This document shows, piece by piece, positions 9,786 to 20,336 of a stretch of DNA of 64,000 bases (position 1 is its first letter; the number at the start of each line of letters is the position of its first letter). The notes under the pieces are model-generated. The model saw only the letters and a program-made list of their open reading frames with translations. It was not told the origin of the DNA and made no database searches. The position numbers were made by a program, and so were the translations under genes. The stretch spans positions 1 to 64,000 of the forward strand of contig MTLP01000032.1 in assembly GCA_002009975.1 (NCBI GenBank), read 5' to 3'. This DNA comes from Thermococcus sp. JdFR-02. Its GTDB lineage: Archaea > Methanobacteriota_B > Thermococci > Thermococcales > Thermococcaceae.

Positions 9786-10949
9786 ATGGAAGAGAGAGCA
9801 AAAGATATTTGGCTTCTCCACTTTGCAACTTTCTTCTTCTTTATGGGATTAATCTCTATAAACCCCCTAATCTCACCCCTTGCAATAATATTTGGGGCTA
9901 CACCATTAATAGTTGGGAGCTTAGCTTCCATATCTTCTGCAGTTTCATTGATATTTAAACCAATATCCGGGATTATAAGCGATAGGGGATTTAAGTTTGA
10001 AGTAATGCTCTTGGGAACTTTCTTAGCTGCTTTGTCTGGGATTATCTACATTGCATCTACACTGGTGCAGAGCATAACCATCTTTGCCATTGGAAGAGCT
10101 TTACATGGATTAGCTATGGCAATGTTCTTCCCAGCATCACTTTCAACTGCTGTTGATTTAGCTCCCCCAGGTAGGGTTGGAGAAACATTGGGATGGAGAA
10201 GCACAATGTTTGGAATTAGCCAACTATTTGGACCAGCCTTTGGGGGATTTATTGCGGATATGTATGGATTTACAATAGCTTTCCTCTTAACGGTTGTCTT
10301 TTCATTGATTGGGTTCATTCTCGTTTTTATTCCCTACAGAAAAAATAAAATGCTTGTAAAAAAGAGAGAGAAGGGCAAAGGTTTCAAAATTAAATCCCTC
10401 ACCAATATAGCCTTTTTGATAGCTTCAATTGGAGTTTTTATGAATGCCTTCGCATATAGCAATGTGATAACGTTCCTCCCAGCTCTTTACAAAAGTATTG
10501 GGCTTGGAACAAGTGCTTTTGGGATTTATGCTAGTGTGGTCGGAGGTTTTAGCATTTTCACAAGGATCTTTGGTGGAAGAGAAGCAGACAAAAGAGGTCC
10601 AGCTTTGGTAGCATCCGTAGGATTTGGATTAATGGCTGGCGGGTTCATCCTTTTGAATTCATTTACAACCCCTCCATTATCATATTTAAGTGCAGTTCTT
10701 CTTGGTATGGGGCTTGGTTTTGTCGTTCCCGCGCTACAATTTTTAGCCCTAGGTAATCTTCCCAAAGAAGTTAGGGGATTTGGAGCAAGTATATACACAA
10801 TGTTCTTCGATTTGGGCTTTATGAGTGGTCCGGTTCTCTTAGGCTATTATATCCAACTTAAAGGAAGTTATGAAGCTGTTTTTCCACTATTACCCATAAT
10901 TACAATTTTTGCCCTAATAACTGTGCAAGTCGCAAGAATGAAAAAGTAA
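9786..10949 (+). CDS. MFS transporter
   Basis: About 12 hydrophobic segments, GxxSDRG motif A. Confidence 0.88.
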   Translation: MEERAKDIWLLHFATFFFFMGLISINPLISPLAIIFGATPLIVGSLASISSAVSLIFKPISGIISDRGFKFEVMLLGTFLAALSGIIYIASTLVQSITIFAIGRALHGLAMAMFFPASLSTAVDLAPPGRVGETLGWRSTMFGISQLFGPAFGGFIADMYGFTIAFLLTVVFSLIGFILVFIPYRKNKMLVKKREKGKGFKIKSLTNIAFLIASIGVFMNAFAYSNVITFLPALYKSIGLGTSAFGIYASVVGGFSIFTRIFGGREADKRGPALVASVGFGLMAGGFILLNSFTTPPLSYLSAVLLGMGLGFVVPALQFLALGNLPKEVRGFGASIYTMFFDLGFMSGPVLLGYYIQLKGSYEAVFPLLPIITIFALITVQVARMKK

Positions 10950-10995
10950 TGAAAGTGTTTTTATACTTAAATCCAAAAGTGAAGATGGTGATAGC

Positions 10996-11943
10996 ATGCT
11001 CATCCGTGTTTCATATGGAACTGCAATAGCGATGGGGTTAATAAAAGCCAAAATGCTTGCGAGACCAACTACCGCTTATTTGATGATATATCATGAGGGG
11101 AGATGCATAAACAACTGTGCTTTTTGTCCTCAAGCTAGAGAGAGCAAAGCTGATTTAGCCAAACTTTCAAGGGTAATCTGGCCCGCATTTGAGCTTAAAG
11201 AAGTTGTTAACAAAATAAAAGATGGAAACTTTGCAAGGATATGTCTACAAACGATTGATTATCAAGGGCTGGAAGAAGATGTATTAACATTATTGGGAGC
11301 ACTTTATCCCCTTGATTTGCCTATTTCACTATCAATAACCCCTGTTGATAAAACTTATCTGAAAAAATTCAAAGAACTAGGTGTCGATTACGTTGGAGTG
11401 GGATTAGATGTTGCAAGTGAGAGGTTATATAACACATTAAAGGAGTCACTTTATTCTTGGGACGAAATGTGGAAATTTGCAAAAGAGATAATTAATATCT
11501 TTGGTGAGAAAAAAGCTTTTGTCCATATAATCATCGGGCTTGGAGAGACAGATAAGGAAGTGTTAGAAGTAATCCAAAGAGCCTACGACTTAAAAGCAGA
11601 GGTCTCAACTTTTGCCTTTACTCCAATAAAAGGAACTCGCCTAGAAAAATCAAAACCCCCAAGTCTTGAAAGATACAGAAAAATACAGATAGCCCACTAT
11701 TTGATTAAAGAGAGCATTAAGAGAGTTGAAGATTTTGAATTTGATAATGAGGAGAACTTAACAAGCTTTGGGATTGGTGAAGAGGAACTTTTAAAGCTCC
11801 TAAAGGAACATGCCCTCATGACCCATGGTTGCCCCGGCTGTAACAGACCGTACTACAATGAAAAACCGGGCAAAGAGCCCTATAATTATCCACTAAAACC
11901 AAGAAAGGAGGACTTAAAAAAGATTCTTAAAAGCCTTATATAA
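10996..11943 (+). CDS. lipS2: Radical SAM protein, archaeal lipoyl synthase subunit LipS2
   Basis: CINNCAFC radical SAM motif and C-terminal THGCPGCNRP, matching the TxGCPxC(N/D)RP LipS2 signature. Confidence 0.8.
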   Translation: MLIRVSYGTAIAMGLIKAKMLARPTTAYLMIYHEGRCINNCAFCPQARESKADLAKLSRVIWPAFELKEVVNKIKDGNFARICLQTIDYQGLEEDVLTLLGALYPLDLPISLSITPVDKTYLKKFKELGVDYVGVGLDVASERLYNTLKESLYSWDEMWKFAKEIINIFGEKKAFVHIIIGLGETDKEVLEVIQRAYDLKAEVSTFAFTPIKGTRLEKSKPPSLERYRKIQIAHYLIKESIKRVEDFEFDNEENLTSFGIGEEELLKLLKEHALMTHGCPGCNRPYYNEKPGKEPYNYPLKPRKEDLKKILKSLI

Positions 11944-12733
11944 AGTTAAATTCTCTTTTTAACAATGATATTTCCTTCTCTGTATGAACATCCTTAGAAA
12001 TTGGAACTATCACTACAGAATTATTCAAAATTGCATGATCTTTTAATGTAGTCAAAAACTTAAAGACAGCATCAAAACCATTCTCAATAACCAAATATTC
12101 AAACCCATCAATCAATATTGCTTTTTCTTTATCCTCTTTATTTATGAACTCCACCAAAATATGAAGGAAATAAGGCAATCTTGTGGGATAAATAGACACA
12201 TTTGAGTCAACTTTTGTTATCCATAGAATTGGGATTTTTGTGATGTTTAAGTTTTTCTTAATAAACTCTGGATGCTTTCGAGAAATAACAAGCCCAGCAT
12301 AGTTAGATCTTAAAAGATTCAAAAAAGCAGAATATGCCTCTTCCAAATTTGAATAAAAGTAAACCCCCGGAGAAACTGTGGTATTTACATTTTTCTCTTT
12401 AAATTCCATAACCAGGGGTATAGCCTTGTATCTTGTTATTAAAGAGTGAACAAGCCCAACATATCCCGTTACAAATAAAACACTCCCCATAAGCATTAAA
12501 AGATTCGATATGAATTCATTCAGCATTTGAGTGAAGTGCTTGAAGAGTAAATAATCGATGTTTATAAGTTCAACAGCAACAAAAGTTATCATAAACAGTA
12601 AAACAAAATCATAGAACCTTCTGAGTTTTGGATAAGAACTCAAGAATTTATCCCTAAATCGCAAAGTGATTAAAGAACCCGTAAGCATTATTATTAACAA
12701 AGCTACTTCTATAGCAGAGATTAAACCTATCAT
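11936..12733 (-). CDS. DUF835 domain membrane protein
   Basis: Three N-terminal TM segments. WITKV, IDGFEYLVIENGF and LKD motifs of the inactive KaiC-like DUF835 domain. Confidence 0.88.
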   Translation of the reverse strand: MIGLISAIEVALLIIMLTGSLITLRFRDKFLSSYPKLRRFYDFVLLFMITFVAVELINIDYLLFKHFTQMLNEFISNLLMLMGSVLFVTGYVGLVHSLITRYKAIPLVMEFKEKNVNTTVSPGVYFYSNLEEAYSAFLNLLRSNYAGLVISRKHPEFIKKNLNITKIPILWITKVDSNVSIYPTRLPYFLHILVEFINKEDKEKAILIDGFEYLVIENGFDAVFKFLTTLKDHAILNNSVVIVPISKDVHTEKEISLLKREFNFI

Positions 12734-12779
12734 TATTATCCCCAAATAATCTGCACTTTATAGATTAAAAATTTAATTA

Positions 12780-13307
12780 TTATAAACCAACCAACATTTC
12801 AAGAACTTGCCTGAGTTCAGGGGTTCTTATATCTTTGGAAAACTCTTTTACCCTTTCCATATTACCTCTTGCAAGCTCTATCAAGGCTTGAGTGAAGGCA
12901 TAAAGTTCTTCGTCATCCTTTAACAAACTTAAAATCGACTCCATATTCTCCTTCAACACATCGAGCTTTCTTCGTTCCTTTAGGATAAAGAGCAGGTCTC
13001 TGACCCTTGTGACACCAAGAAGATAATGATCCCTTGTTGGAGCATTATATAATGCTTTTAACGCACATTTTATACCTCCTCTATAGTTGCTCTCATCAAA
13101 AAACACCTCGGCAATTCTAAAACAACATTCAAAATATATCTCTGGAAGCTCATCCTTTGAAAGCTCCAATATCTCATCAAACCTCTTTTTCGTCGCCTCA
13201 AGATTTCCCACATTTTGAGCCTCTAGGGCTTCTCTAAAAAGCTGGGCAATCTTTCTTCTCTTCTCCCAACTTTCAAAATTTTTTAGGAATCTTGGCTCCT
13301 CATCCAT
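12780..13307 (-). CDS. Hypothetical TPR-like helical protein
   Basis: 175 aa, all-helical pattern, downstream of rio2. Confidence 0.65.
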   Translation of the reverse strand: MDEEPRFLKNFESWEKRRKIAQLFREALEAQNVGNLEATKKRFDEILELSKDELPEIYFECCFRIAEVFFDESNYRGGIKCALKALYNAPTRDHYLLGVTRVRDLLFILKERRKLDVLKENMESILSLLKDDEELYAFTQALIELARGNMERVKEFSKDIRTPELRQVLEMLVGL

Positions 13308-13344
13308 ACAAAATCACGCAATAAAATTTAGCTCCTTAAACCTT

Positions 13345-14271
13345 TTATTTTTTTCCTCCCCTGCTCTTTAGATAGGCTTCATAGAATTCCTCCCAGATTT
13401 CTTCAAAATCCTTTTTAACACGCCATCTTCTATGAAAAGCATTTAAAATCACTTGTATGTCTCTCTTTAAATATTCAAGACTCTCTGGATAAGCGGTGGG
13501 TAAGTACTGGGGCCAATCAATTATCAAAATGTCCCCGTCGTCCTTTAAAACAATATTAAATTCACTCATATCTGAATGAACTATCCCAAACTCAACAATC
13601 TTTTTGTACTCTGTAAGGACTTTGTTTAAAATTTCCTCTGCTTCTTCTTTTGTCAAATCTGTATCCCTAAGCTCTGAAAGTTCAACTCCATCAATAAACT
13701 CCATAACAACAACATGCCTATTCCAAGAAATTGGCTTTGGAACCTTAGCGATTGGAGAAAGTAATTGCAATGCCTCATATTCTCTCTCAGCTACTAAACG
13801 AGACACATAAAGCCAAGAAATATGACGCTTGTTCATAAAGTCCCTTCTATAAAGCTTAATCCTTGTAAAGCTCGTTCTCCCTATTCTATTAAACTTCACT
13901 GCTACTTTTTCTCCTTGAGGAGTCACCCCAACGTAAATATCTGCTTCCTTCCCAACCCCAATTTGGGTAGAGCTTATAGCCTCAATAACGCCTCTTCTGG
14001 CAAAGGTTCTAATTGCTAAAGTATCATATCCATGGATCGTGAGCTGATAACCTATATATCCAATATCTCCCCTCCTAAGTACTAGACCCCAGTTATCGAG
14101 CTTCCCTAATCTGTGAGAAGCGCTTTCAACATCAGTTCTCGCAAATTTTGCTATTACCTCTAAAGGAACCCACTCATAATAACGCATATTCAGCTCTACA
14201 CCTCTCAATATCCTAAAGTCAATGTCCTTCAGCTTTGGATAAACTTCAAGAGCAATCAGTTTACTAACCAT
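13345..14271 (-). CDS. rio2: Serine/threonine kinase RIO2
   Basis: N-terminal wHTH, IGVGKE, HSDMSEFN, IDWPQ. Confidence 0.95.
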   Translation of the reverse strand: MVSKLIALEVYPKLKDIDFRILRGVELNMRYYEWVPLEVIAKFARTDVESASHRLGKLDNWGLVLRRGDIGYIGYQLTIHGYDTLAIRTFARRGVIEAISSTQIGVGKEADIYVGVTPQGEKVAVKFNRIGRTSFTRIKLYRRDFMNKRHISWLYVSRLVAEREYEALQLLSPIAKVPKPISWNRHVVVMEFIDGVELSELRDTDLTKEEAEEILNKVLTEYKKIVEFGIVHSDMSEFNIVLKDDGDILIIDWPQYLPTAYPESLEYLKRDIQVILNAFHRRWRVKKDFEEIWEEFYEAYLKSRGGKK

Positions 14272-14365
14272 TTCACCACCGTGCTTAGCTTTGAAACAAA
14301 GACTTTAAATTGTTGTGGTACAGAGTCAGATAAATTTTTAAACGCTTAATTTTTTATCTCAAAGC

Positions 14366-15490
14366 ATGAAGCGAAGAAACACTTTGTTGCTAGCATTGCT
14401 CTCATTAGGATGGATATTCAATTATGCTCATAGAATGGCAATTCCCCCTCTAATTCCAATAATAAAATCAGAATTGGGTATCACCAATGCCCAGGCTGGT
14501 CTTTTAATGACATCCCTTCTTCTACCTTACGCTCTAATTCAAGTACCTGCTGGCTATTTTGGTGATAGATTAGGGAGAAAAAAGCTTGTTGTCATCAGTA
14601 TTCTTGGATATTCTTTAGCAAGCTCTTTTATGATATTGGCAAAGGAATATTGGCAGCTTTTAAGTGTTAGGGCTTTATATGGAATTTTTGCAGGACTTTA
14701 TTATGCTCCATCCACTGCTTTAATCAGCGATATCTTTAGAGAAAAGAAGGGCTCCGCTTTAGGAATCTTCATGATAGGACCTCCAATTGGAACCGCAATA
14801 GCTCCTCTAATAGTCATACCAATAGCGTTAACCTTCGAATGGAGGATTTCTTTTGTAGTTTTGTCTTTAATGAGTGCCTTAATTGGGCTTTCCTTACTTT
14901 TTGCTATAAAAGGCGAAGTTCATGAAGTTGAAGGTCCCAAATTTCATATCCCAAAGCATATTTTCACTCTGAGCATTTCAAACTTTCTCGCTCTAATGGC
15001 ATTTTTTGGAATGCTAACATTTCTTCCAGATTTCTTGGTAAGCAAAGGAGAAAACATTAGCAAAGCTTCCTTTTACTTTTCAATTCTCTCTGTAATTGGT
15101 ATAGCTGGTTCAATTTTTGGAGGAATCTTCTACGATAAATTAAAGAGAACGAGCATTTTCATAGTTTTAGCCTTTAACGCCATCCTATCATTCATTCTAA
15201 TTAGATTCACCTTACTTGTCATAATGCCTTTGTTGGGTCTTTTCTTCTATTCAGTTGGTCCAATTATTACAGCATACACTGCAGAATTAGCCAATAATGA
15301 AAACAAAGGTTCTGTTATGGGTTTTGTGAATATGATGGGATTTTTTGGAGCAACTGCAGGTCCTTACTTAATTGGCTTATTGATAGACATGCTGAGCTAT
15401 GAAAAAGCCCTATACACAATACCCCTTTTATATATAATCTCCGCAATAATACTCACAACAGAAAAGAAAAATAAAATCAGCCATACATAA
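14366..15490 (+). CDS. MFS transporter
   Basis: [10 protein letters not shown] motif A, about 12 TM segments. Confidence 0.9.
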   Translation: MKRRNTLLLALLSLGWIFNYAHRMAIPPLIPIIKSELGITNAQAGLLMTSLLLPYALIQVPAGYFGDRLGRKKLVVISILGYSLASSFMILAKEYWQLLSVRALYGIFAGLYYAPSTALISDIFREKKGSALGIFMIGPPIGTAIAPLIVIPIALTFEWRISFVVLSLMSALIGLSLLFAIKGEVHEVEGPKFHIPKHIFTLSISNFLALMAFFGMLTFLPDFLVSKGENISKASFYFSILSVIGIAGSIFGGIFYDKLKRTSIFIVLAFNAILSFILIRFTLLVIMPLLGLFFYSVGPIITAYTAELANNENKGSVMGFVNMMGFFGATAGPYLIGLLIDMLSYEKALYTIPLLYIISAIILTTEKKNKISHT

Positions 15491-16673
15491 CTTCATGCAT
15501 AGCTATTTGTTGAGCCAAGCGTTGTTCAGCGCCAAGCACCTTCTCCACTGCTCTGATGAAGTCTTCATGAGTTATATAGCTCCTTCTTTCCCTAATTGCA
15601 AACATTCCAGCTTCTGTTGCAATTGCCTTTAAATCTGCACCGCTTGCTCCCTCTGTCATTTCTGCTATAACCCTTAATTCCACACCCTTGAGATTCATCT
15701 TCCTTGTATGAACCTTAAGAATTTCTAATCTTCCCTCAAAATTAGGTAATGGAACTTCTATTAGTCTGTCAAATCTCCCCGGTCTTAAGAGGGCTGGATC
15801 TAAGATATCTGGTCTGTTTGTTGCTGCAATGACTTTTACATTTCCTCTTGGATCAAATCCATCAAGCTCTGCTAAAAGCTGCATTAAAGTTCTGTTTACT
15901 TCTCTCTCTCCACCTGTCGTTTCATCCAAACGTTTTGCACCTATTGCATCAATTTCGTCAATGAATATTATAGTTGGAGCTTTCTCTCTTGCCATTTCAA
16001 AGAGTTCACTAACCAAACGAGCACCTTCTCCTATGTATTTCCTAACTAACTCGCTTCCGATTACCCTGATAAATGTAGCATTAACTTCATTTGCTATAGC
16101 CTTCGCCATTAGAGTCTTACCACATCCAGGTGGACCATAAAGCAGTACTCCCTTGGGAGGTTCAATTCCAACGTTTTCAAAGAGATCTGGATGTTTTAAA
16201 GGTAATTCAACAGCTTCTCTAAGCTCTTGAAGCTGCTTCTTCAGACCTCCAATATCTTTATAAGTTACAGCAGGTCTGTCAATAACCTCGAATCCAAGCA
16301 CTGACGGATCCTTTGGAGTTGGTAAAATTTCAACAACAGCCATTGTTCTTTGATCTAAGGCTACCCTTATTCCAGGCTTTAACTTCTCTCTTTCAATCCA
16401 AGGTGCAACTCTCACAACAAATCTTGGACCATTGTAGTTTTGGACTATTGCTCTATCATCATCTAAAAGTTCCAGCAAAGTTCCAGCAAAAGCTGGAGGC
16501 TGCCTTAACCTAGACATCTCCATACGTAAGCGTGAGAGTTCTCTCTCCAATCTCTCCTTATCAGCCTCTAAAGTTCTCACTTGCAACTCAAGCTGTCTTA
16601 TTCTACGTTTTAAGTAAATAATATAATCATCGTACTCTTCTGAAGTTCCAAATTTAGTCTCGTCAAATCCCAT
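15477..16673 (-). CDS. pan: Proteasome-activating nucleotidase
   Basis: Coiled coil plus OB domain, [18 protein letters not shown]-terminal HbYX (MYG). Confidence 0.97.
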   Translation of the reverse strand: MGFDETKFGTSEEYDDYIIYLKRRIRQLELQVRTLEADKERLERELSRLRMEMSRLRQPPAFAGTLLELLDDDRAIVQNYNGPRFVVRVAPWIEREKLKPGIRVALDQRTMAVVEILPTPKDPSVLGFEVIDRPAVTYKDIGGLKKQLQELREAVELPLKHPDLFENVGIEPPKGVLLYGPPGCGKTLMAKAIANEVNATFIRVIGSELVRKYIGEGARLVSELFEMAREKAPTIIFIDEIDAIGAKRLDETTGGEREVNRTLMQLLAELDGFDPRGNVKVIAATNRPDILDPALLRPGRFDRLIEVPLPNFEGRLEILKVHTRKMNLKGVELRVIAEMTEGASGADLKAIATEAGMFAIRERRSYITHEDFIRAVEKVLGAEQRLAQQIAMHEVMYG

Positions 16674-16973
16674 ATTGTCACCCCTCAATAATAACTCTGC
16701 AAGAAAGACTTTTAACACTATCTCTTAAGAACTGCCCCCATTAGGTTCGCCTAAGATAAGTTACTCATAGGGATTTATAAAGTTTTGGCAAAGGGCAAAA
16801 ATGAACGAAGTAACAAAGCATCACATAAGATTTCATCAACACCAAAACCCTACCTAATGCCTATATAACCAATTTTTACACTTCACCACTTCTCATAAGT
16901 ACAAAAGTTTACTCGAAATTTTTATTAACAATGAATGCATAAATTGTAATGCTTAACCAAGGAGGGTTATTTA

Positions 16974-17744
16974 ATGAGGATAGAAATCAAGCTCAAGCCT
17001 GAAAATAAAGAGACTATTCTACCCTTTAATTATAACTATGATGTATATACTCAGCTCCTCCAAAAAATTTCCCTCTCATCTCCAGAAATTGCTGAATTGC
17101 TTGAATCAACACATAAGGATTACTTCACATTCTCAAGAATTATGGTCAGAAAGAGAGAACTACTGCCAGATAAAGGTATAAAGATATTATCAGAGGATGT
17201 ATGCTTATACGTATCTTCATCATTGATTGATATTATAAAAGCAATCGTTGAAGGTTTTATGGATAATCCCGTGTTAAGCATAGAAGGCTCAAGATTTATC
17301 ATGGATGGAATTAAAGTTTTAAGAGAGCCAGATATTAGGGAAGGAACGCTATTTTCAACTTTAAGCCCAATTATGGTTAGAACAGTCAAATTTGAAGACA
17401 ATAGGATGAAGATATGGGATTTATACCCAAACGAAGAGACGTTTCATGAAAAGCTAAGGAAAATCATGTTGATGAGGTTTTCAGAGATAGAGGATAGAAT
17501 GCCGGAAGATAAGGAGTTCCATATAGATGTGATAAAGTTCAAGCCCGTTAGAATAAAAATAAAAGACTCCTACTATCGTGGTTCTTTAATGGTCTTCCGC
17601 TACTATGGTTCTATTGAAATAGCAAGGTTTGCCTATGAAAATGGATTTGGAGAAAAGACAAGATATGGCTTTGGAATGGTCAAAGTAATTGATGAAGGAG
17701 AAAAGCACCTAAGCCGAGAAGAAATTCAATCATCCACACTATAG
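16974..17744 (+). CDS. cas6: Stand-alone Cas6-family RAMP protein
   Basis: LPFNYN, FTFS, TLSPI and the G-rich loop GFGEKTRYGFGMV. Confidence 0.9.
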   Translation: MRIEIKLKPENKETILPFNYNYDVYTQLLQKISLSSPEIAELLESTHKDYFTFSRIMVRKRELLPDKGIKILSEDVCLYVSSSLIDIIKAIVEGFMDNPVLSIEGSRFIMDGIKVLREPDIREGTLFSTLSPIMVRTVKFEDNRMKIWDLYPNEETFHEKLRKIMLMRFSEIEDRMPEDKEFHIDVIKFKPVRIKIKDSYYRGSLMVFRYYGSIEIARFAYENGFGEKTRYGFGMVKVIDEGEKHLSREEIQSSTL

Positions 17745-18585
17745 CAACAAGTTCCCACTCCTTAACCTTTTTTATCCTCATTATCAAGCCTAAGAAGCTT
17801 AAATATGGAGGAGCTTTTAAAGTTCCATCTTTTAAAACCTCTGTTTTTCCTAATGGACGACCTTTGAATCTTATTTTTGTCTTTAAAAGGAAGTCAATTG
17901 CATGAGGTATTAAAAGAATTGCAGCAAATATCTCTACTTTTCCAATTATCCCAATCAATCCTATCAATGCCCCCAAGCTTAATGTTCCAGTATCACCAGG
18001 AAACACTTTAGCGGGATATTTATTCCACCATAGAAAGCCCAAACACACAAAGAAGCCAACCAAAGCTAAGCTTTTTGCACTTCCTTCTGCTATTAAACTT
18101 AAGAAAAACAGGGCTATTGCAGATGTTCCTACCTCTAGTCCATTGAAACCAGCTAAAAGGTTTATCAAATTAGCTGAGCCCGTTATGAAGAGTATTGCGA
18201 ATAAATAATACAAGATCCCCAAATTAAATGAGAACAATATCAAATTAAGTTCTCCATCAAAATGCATGCTCACAATAGGCAGGGAAACAATTAAGCTCAG
18301 CAAAACCTTATGCAATTGCCTTAACTTTGTCAGGTCATCCAGTATTCCAATTAAACCAAAGAGCAGGAAAACTATTAGCGCTCTTGCTATGAAATAATCC
18401 TTTATCAAAATTGAAGCTAAAGAGAGGCTTATTAAAATAGCTAATCCACCCATTTCAGCCACTTCTGGTTTTTCTCGCTTATGAATGTCTCTTCCAACTA
18501 TACCAGCCTTTTTCATCAAGTTAGCTATGTAAGGCGTAAGTGTTAAAGATAGCAATAATCCTATAAATGCCGAGACTAAAATCAT
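17680..18585 (-). CDS. UDP-GlcNAc--dolichyl-phosphate GlcNAc-1-phosphotransferase (MraY/GPT family, AglH-like)
   Basis: EMGG, GILDD, NLLAGFNGLE, FPGDTG motifs; polytopic membrane protein. Confidence 0.9.
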   Translation of the reverse strand: MILVSAFIGLLLSLTLTPYIANLMKKAGIVGRDIHKREKPEVAEMGGLAILISLSLASILIKDYFIARALIVFLLFGLIGILDDLTKLRQLHKVLLSLIVSLPIVSMHFDGELNLILFSFNLGILYYLFAILFITGSANLINLLAGFNGLEVGTSAIALFFLSLIAEGSAKSLALVGFFVCLGFLWWNKYPAKVFPGDTGTLSLGALIGLIGIIGKVEIFAAILLIPHAIDFLLKTKIRFKGRPLGKTEVLKDGTLKAPPYLSFLGLIMRIKKVKEWELVAIVWMIEFLLGLGAFLLHQLL

Positions 18586-18642
18586 CTACATCCCCTTACA
18601 AAAGAAAAGAGCTTGAATAAAATAAAGCCTTCGGTGAAAATT

Positions 18643-19965
18643 ATGGACATTAAACTGGCAATATTTGATTTAGATGGAACACTGGTAGGTTCACCCATTA
18701 ATTTTCAAGAAATCAAAAAGAGATTAAGAGAAAGATTAATCGAGTATGGAATCCCAGAGGAAATTGTCGGAGACTTAACACCAATGTATGAGAGCCTGTT
18801 TAGAATTGCAGATGAAGCCAAGGTTGACGTTGAAGAACTCAAAAAAATGCTTGAAGAGCTTGAAGTTGAAAGAATTAGAAAAAGCTTTATTTTTGACGGA
18901 GTTAAGGAACTCTTAGAGTTTCTAAGAGAAAGGGACATTAAATTGGCAATATTCACAAGGAACTGCAGAAGGGCAACTGAGCTTGCTTTAAGTATGCATG
19001 GCATAAATAGTTACTTTGACGCAATAATTACAAGAGATGATCTTCCCTGGAAAGAGATAAAACCCAATGGAGAGCATGTGAAGAAAATCTTGGAACATTT
19101 CAAAACCCCCCCAAGTAAGGCAATAGTAATAGGGGATCATGGATATGATATAATTGCAGGAAAAAGGGCTGGAACATTGACCATGCTAATAACATCTCAC
19201 GAAAGCGGAAGAATGAGCTTTAGTGTAGAAGAGAGCGCACATTTTGAGATACCAACGATAAAAGATGCCCTGTTAGTATTTAAAAGGTTATTGAAGACCT
19301 TTGTAGTAGTTCCAGCATACAACGAAGAAATAACCATAGGAAAAGTTTTAGATGAACTACTGGCTTATTTTAATGCTGAGCATATAGTAGTAATCAACGA
19401 TGGCAGCAGGGACAACACTAAGAGAATAGCAAAAGAAAAGGGAGTTCATGTCTTAACGCACTTAATAAACAGAGGACTTGGTGGAGCATTGGGAACTGGG
19501 ATAAGCTATGCGCTAAAAAAAGGAGCTGAGATAATAATCACTTTTGATGCAGATGGACAACATTTAGTTAGCGATGCACTAAAAGTTATGAAGCCAGTTG
19601 TAGAAGGGAAAGCGGATTTAGCCATAGGTTCTCGGCTAATGGGTGATATTAGTGAAATGCCATTTGTAAAAAGGTTGGGCAATTTTATTTTAGATGCTAT
19701 AACCGCTGTGTTTGCAAGAAAGTATGTTAGTGATTCCCAGAGTGGCTTGAGATGTCTTAATAAAGAATGTGCATCAAAAATTAAGATCACATGCGACAGG
19801 TATGCTGTGTCAAGTGAAATCATAATAGAAGCAAGTAAAAATGGGTGCAGAATTGTTGAAGTGCCTATAAAAGCAGTCTATACATCTTACTCAAAGAAAA
19901 AAGGAACAAATGTTATGGAAGGCATAAAAATCGCTGTGCAATTGCTTTTAGATAAATTGAGGTGA
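18643..19965 (+). CDS. HAD-IA hydrolase fused to a GT2 (DPM1-like) glycosyltransferase
   Basis: FDLDGTL, KP and IGD HAD motifs, followed by VPAYNEE, NDGSRD, FDADGQH and DSQSG. Confidence 0.88.
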   Translation: MDIKLAIFDLDGTLVGSPINFQEIKKRLRERLIEYGIPEEIVGDLTPMYESLFRIADEAKVDVEELKKMLEELEVERIRKSFIFDGVKELLEFLRERDIKLAIFTRNCRRATELALSMHGINSYFDAIITRDDLPWKEIKPNGEHVKKILEHFKTPPSKAIVIGDHGYDIIAGKRAGTLTMLITSHESGRMSFSVEESAHFEIPTIKDALLVFKRLLKTFVVVPAYNEEITIGKVLDELLAYFNAEHIVVINDGSRDNTKRIAKEKGVHVLTHLINRGLGGALGTGISYALKKGAEIIITFDADGQHLVSDALKVMKPVVEGKADLAIGSRLMGDISEMPFVKRLGNFILDAITAVFARKYVSDSQSGLRCLNKECASKIKITCDRYAVSSEIIIEASKNGCRIVEVPIKAVYTSYSKKKGTNVMEGIKIAVQLLLDKLR

Positions 19966-19970
19966 AAGCT

Positions 19971-20336
19971 ATGTTGACGGTTCAGTATATAGCTATCGTA
20001 GTAACGGCTGGATTGATGATATATATCTTGGGTGAATATGGAAGAAAGAAAATTGAGTGGAGAGAGCTAATTTTTTGGGAAATTCTACTTTCAATACTCT
20101 TCATAATCGCATTGAAGCCTGAGGAAATTTCAATACTAATTAAGAACATCCTAGGAGTTGGAAGAGGTTTAGATGCTCTGTTCATCTTGGCTATAGGGCT
20201 TTCCTACCTAATGCTCTTTAGAATTCATCTACAGATTGACAGAGTGGAAAGAGAGATTACAGATCTTACAAGAAAGATAGCAATTGAACTTGAAGAGATA
20301 AATGAAAAACTAGAGAGAATTGAGAAGAAAGGCTAA
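19971..20336 (+). CDS. DUF2304 family membrane protein
   Basis: Three TM segments, LGVGRG, coiled C-terminus EITDLTRKIA. Confidence 0.8.
   Translation: MLTVQYIAIVVTAGLMIYILGEYGRKKIEWRELIFWEILLSILFIIALKPEEISILIKNILGVGRGLDALFILAIGLSYLMLFRIHLQIDRVEREITDLTRKIAIELEEINEKLERIEKKG

Noticed and set aside
16466-16490. AAAGTTCCAGC tandem repeat
   Set aside because: Only two copies, inside the conserved pan coding sequence.
16720-17744. CRISPR array near cas6
   Set aside because: No regularly spaced repeats of about 30 bp here or anywhere else in the window.
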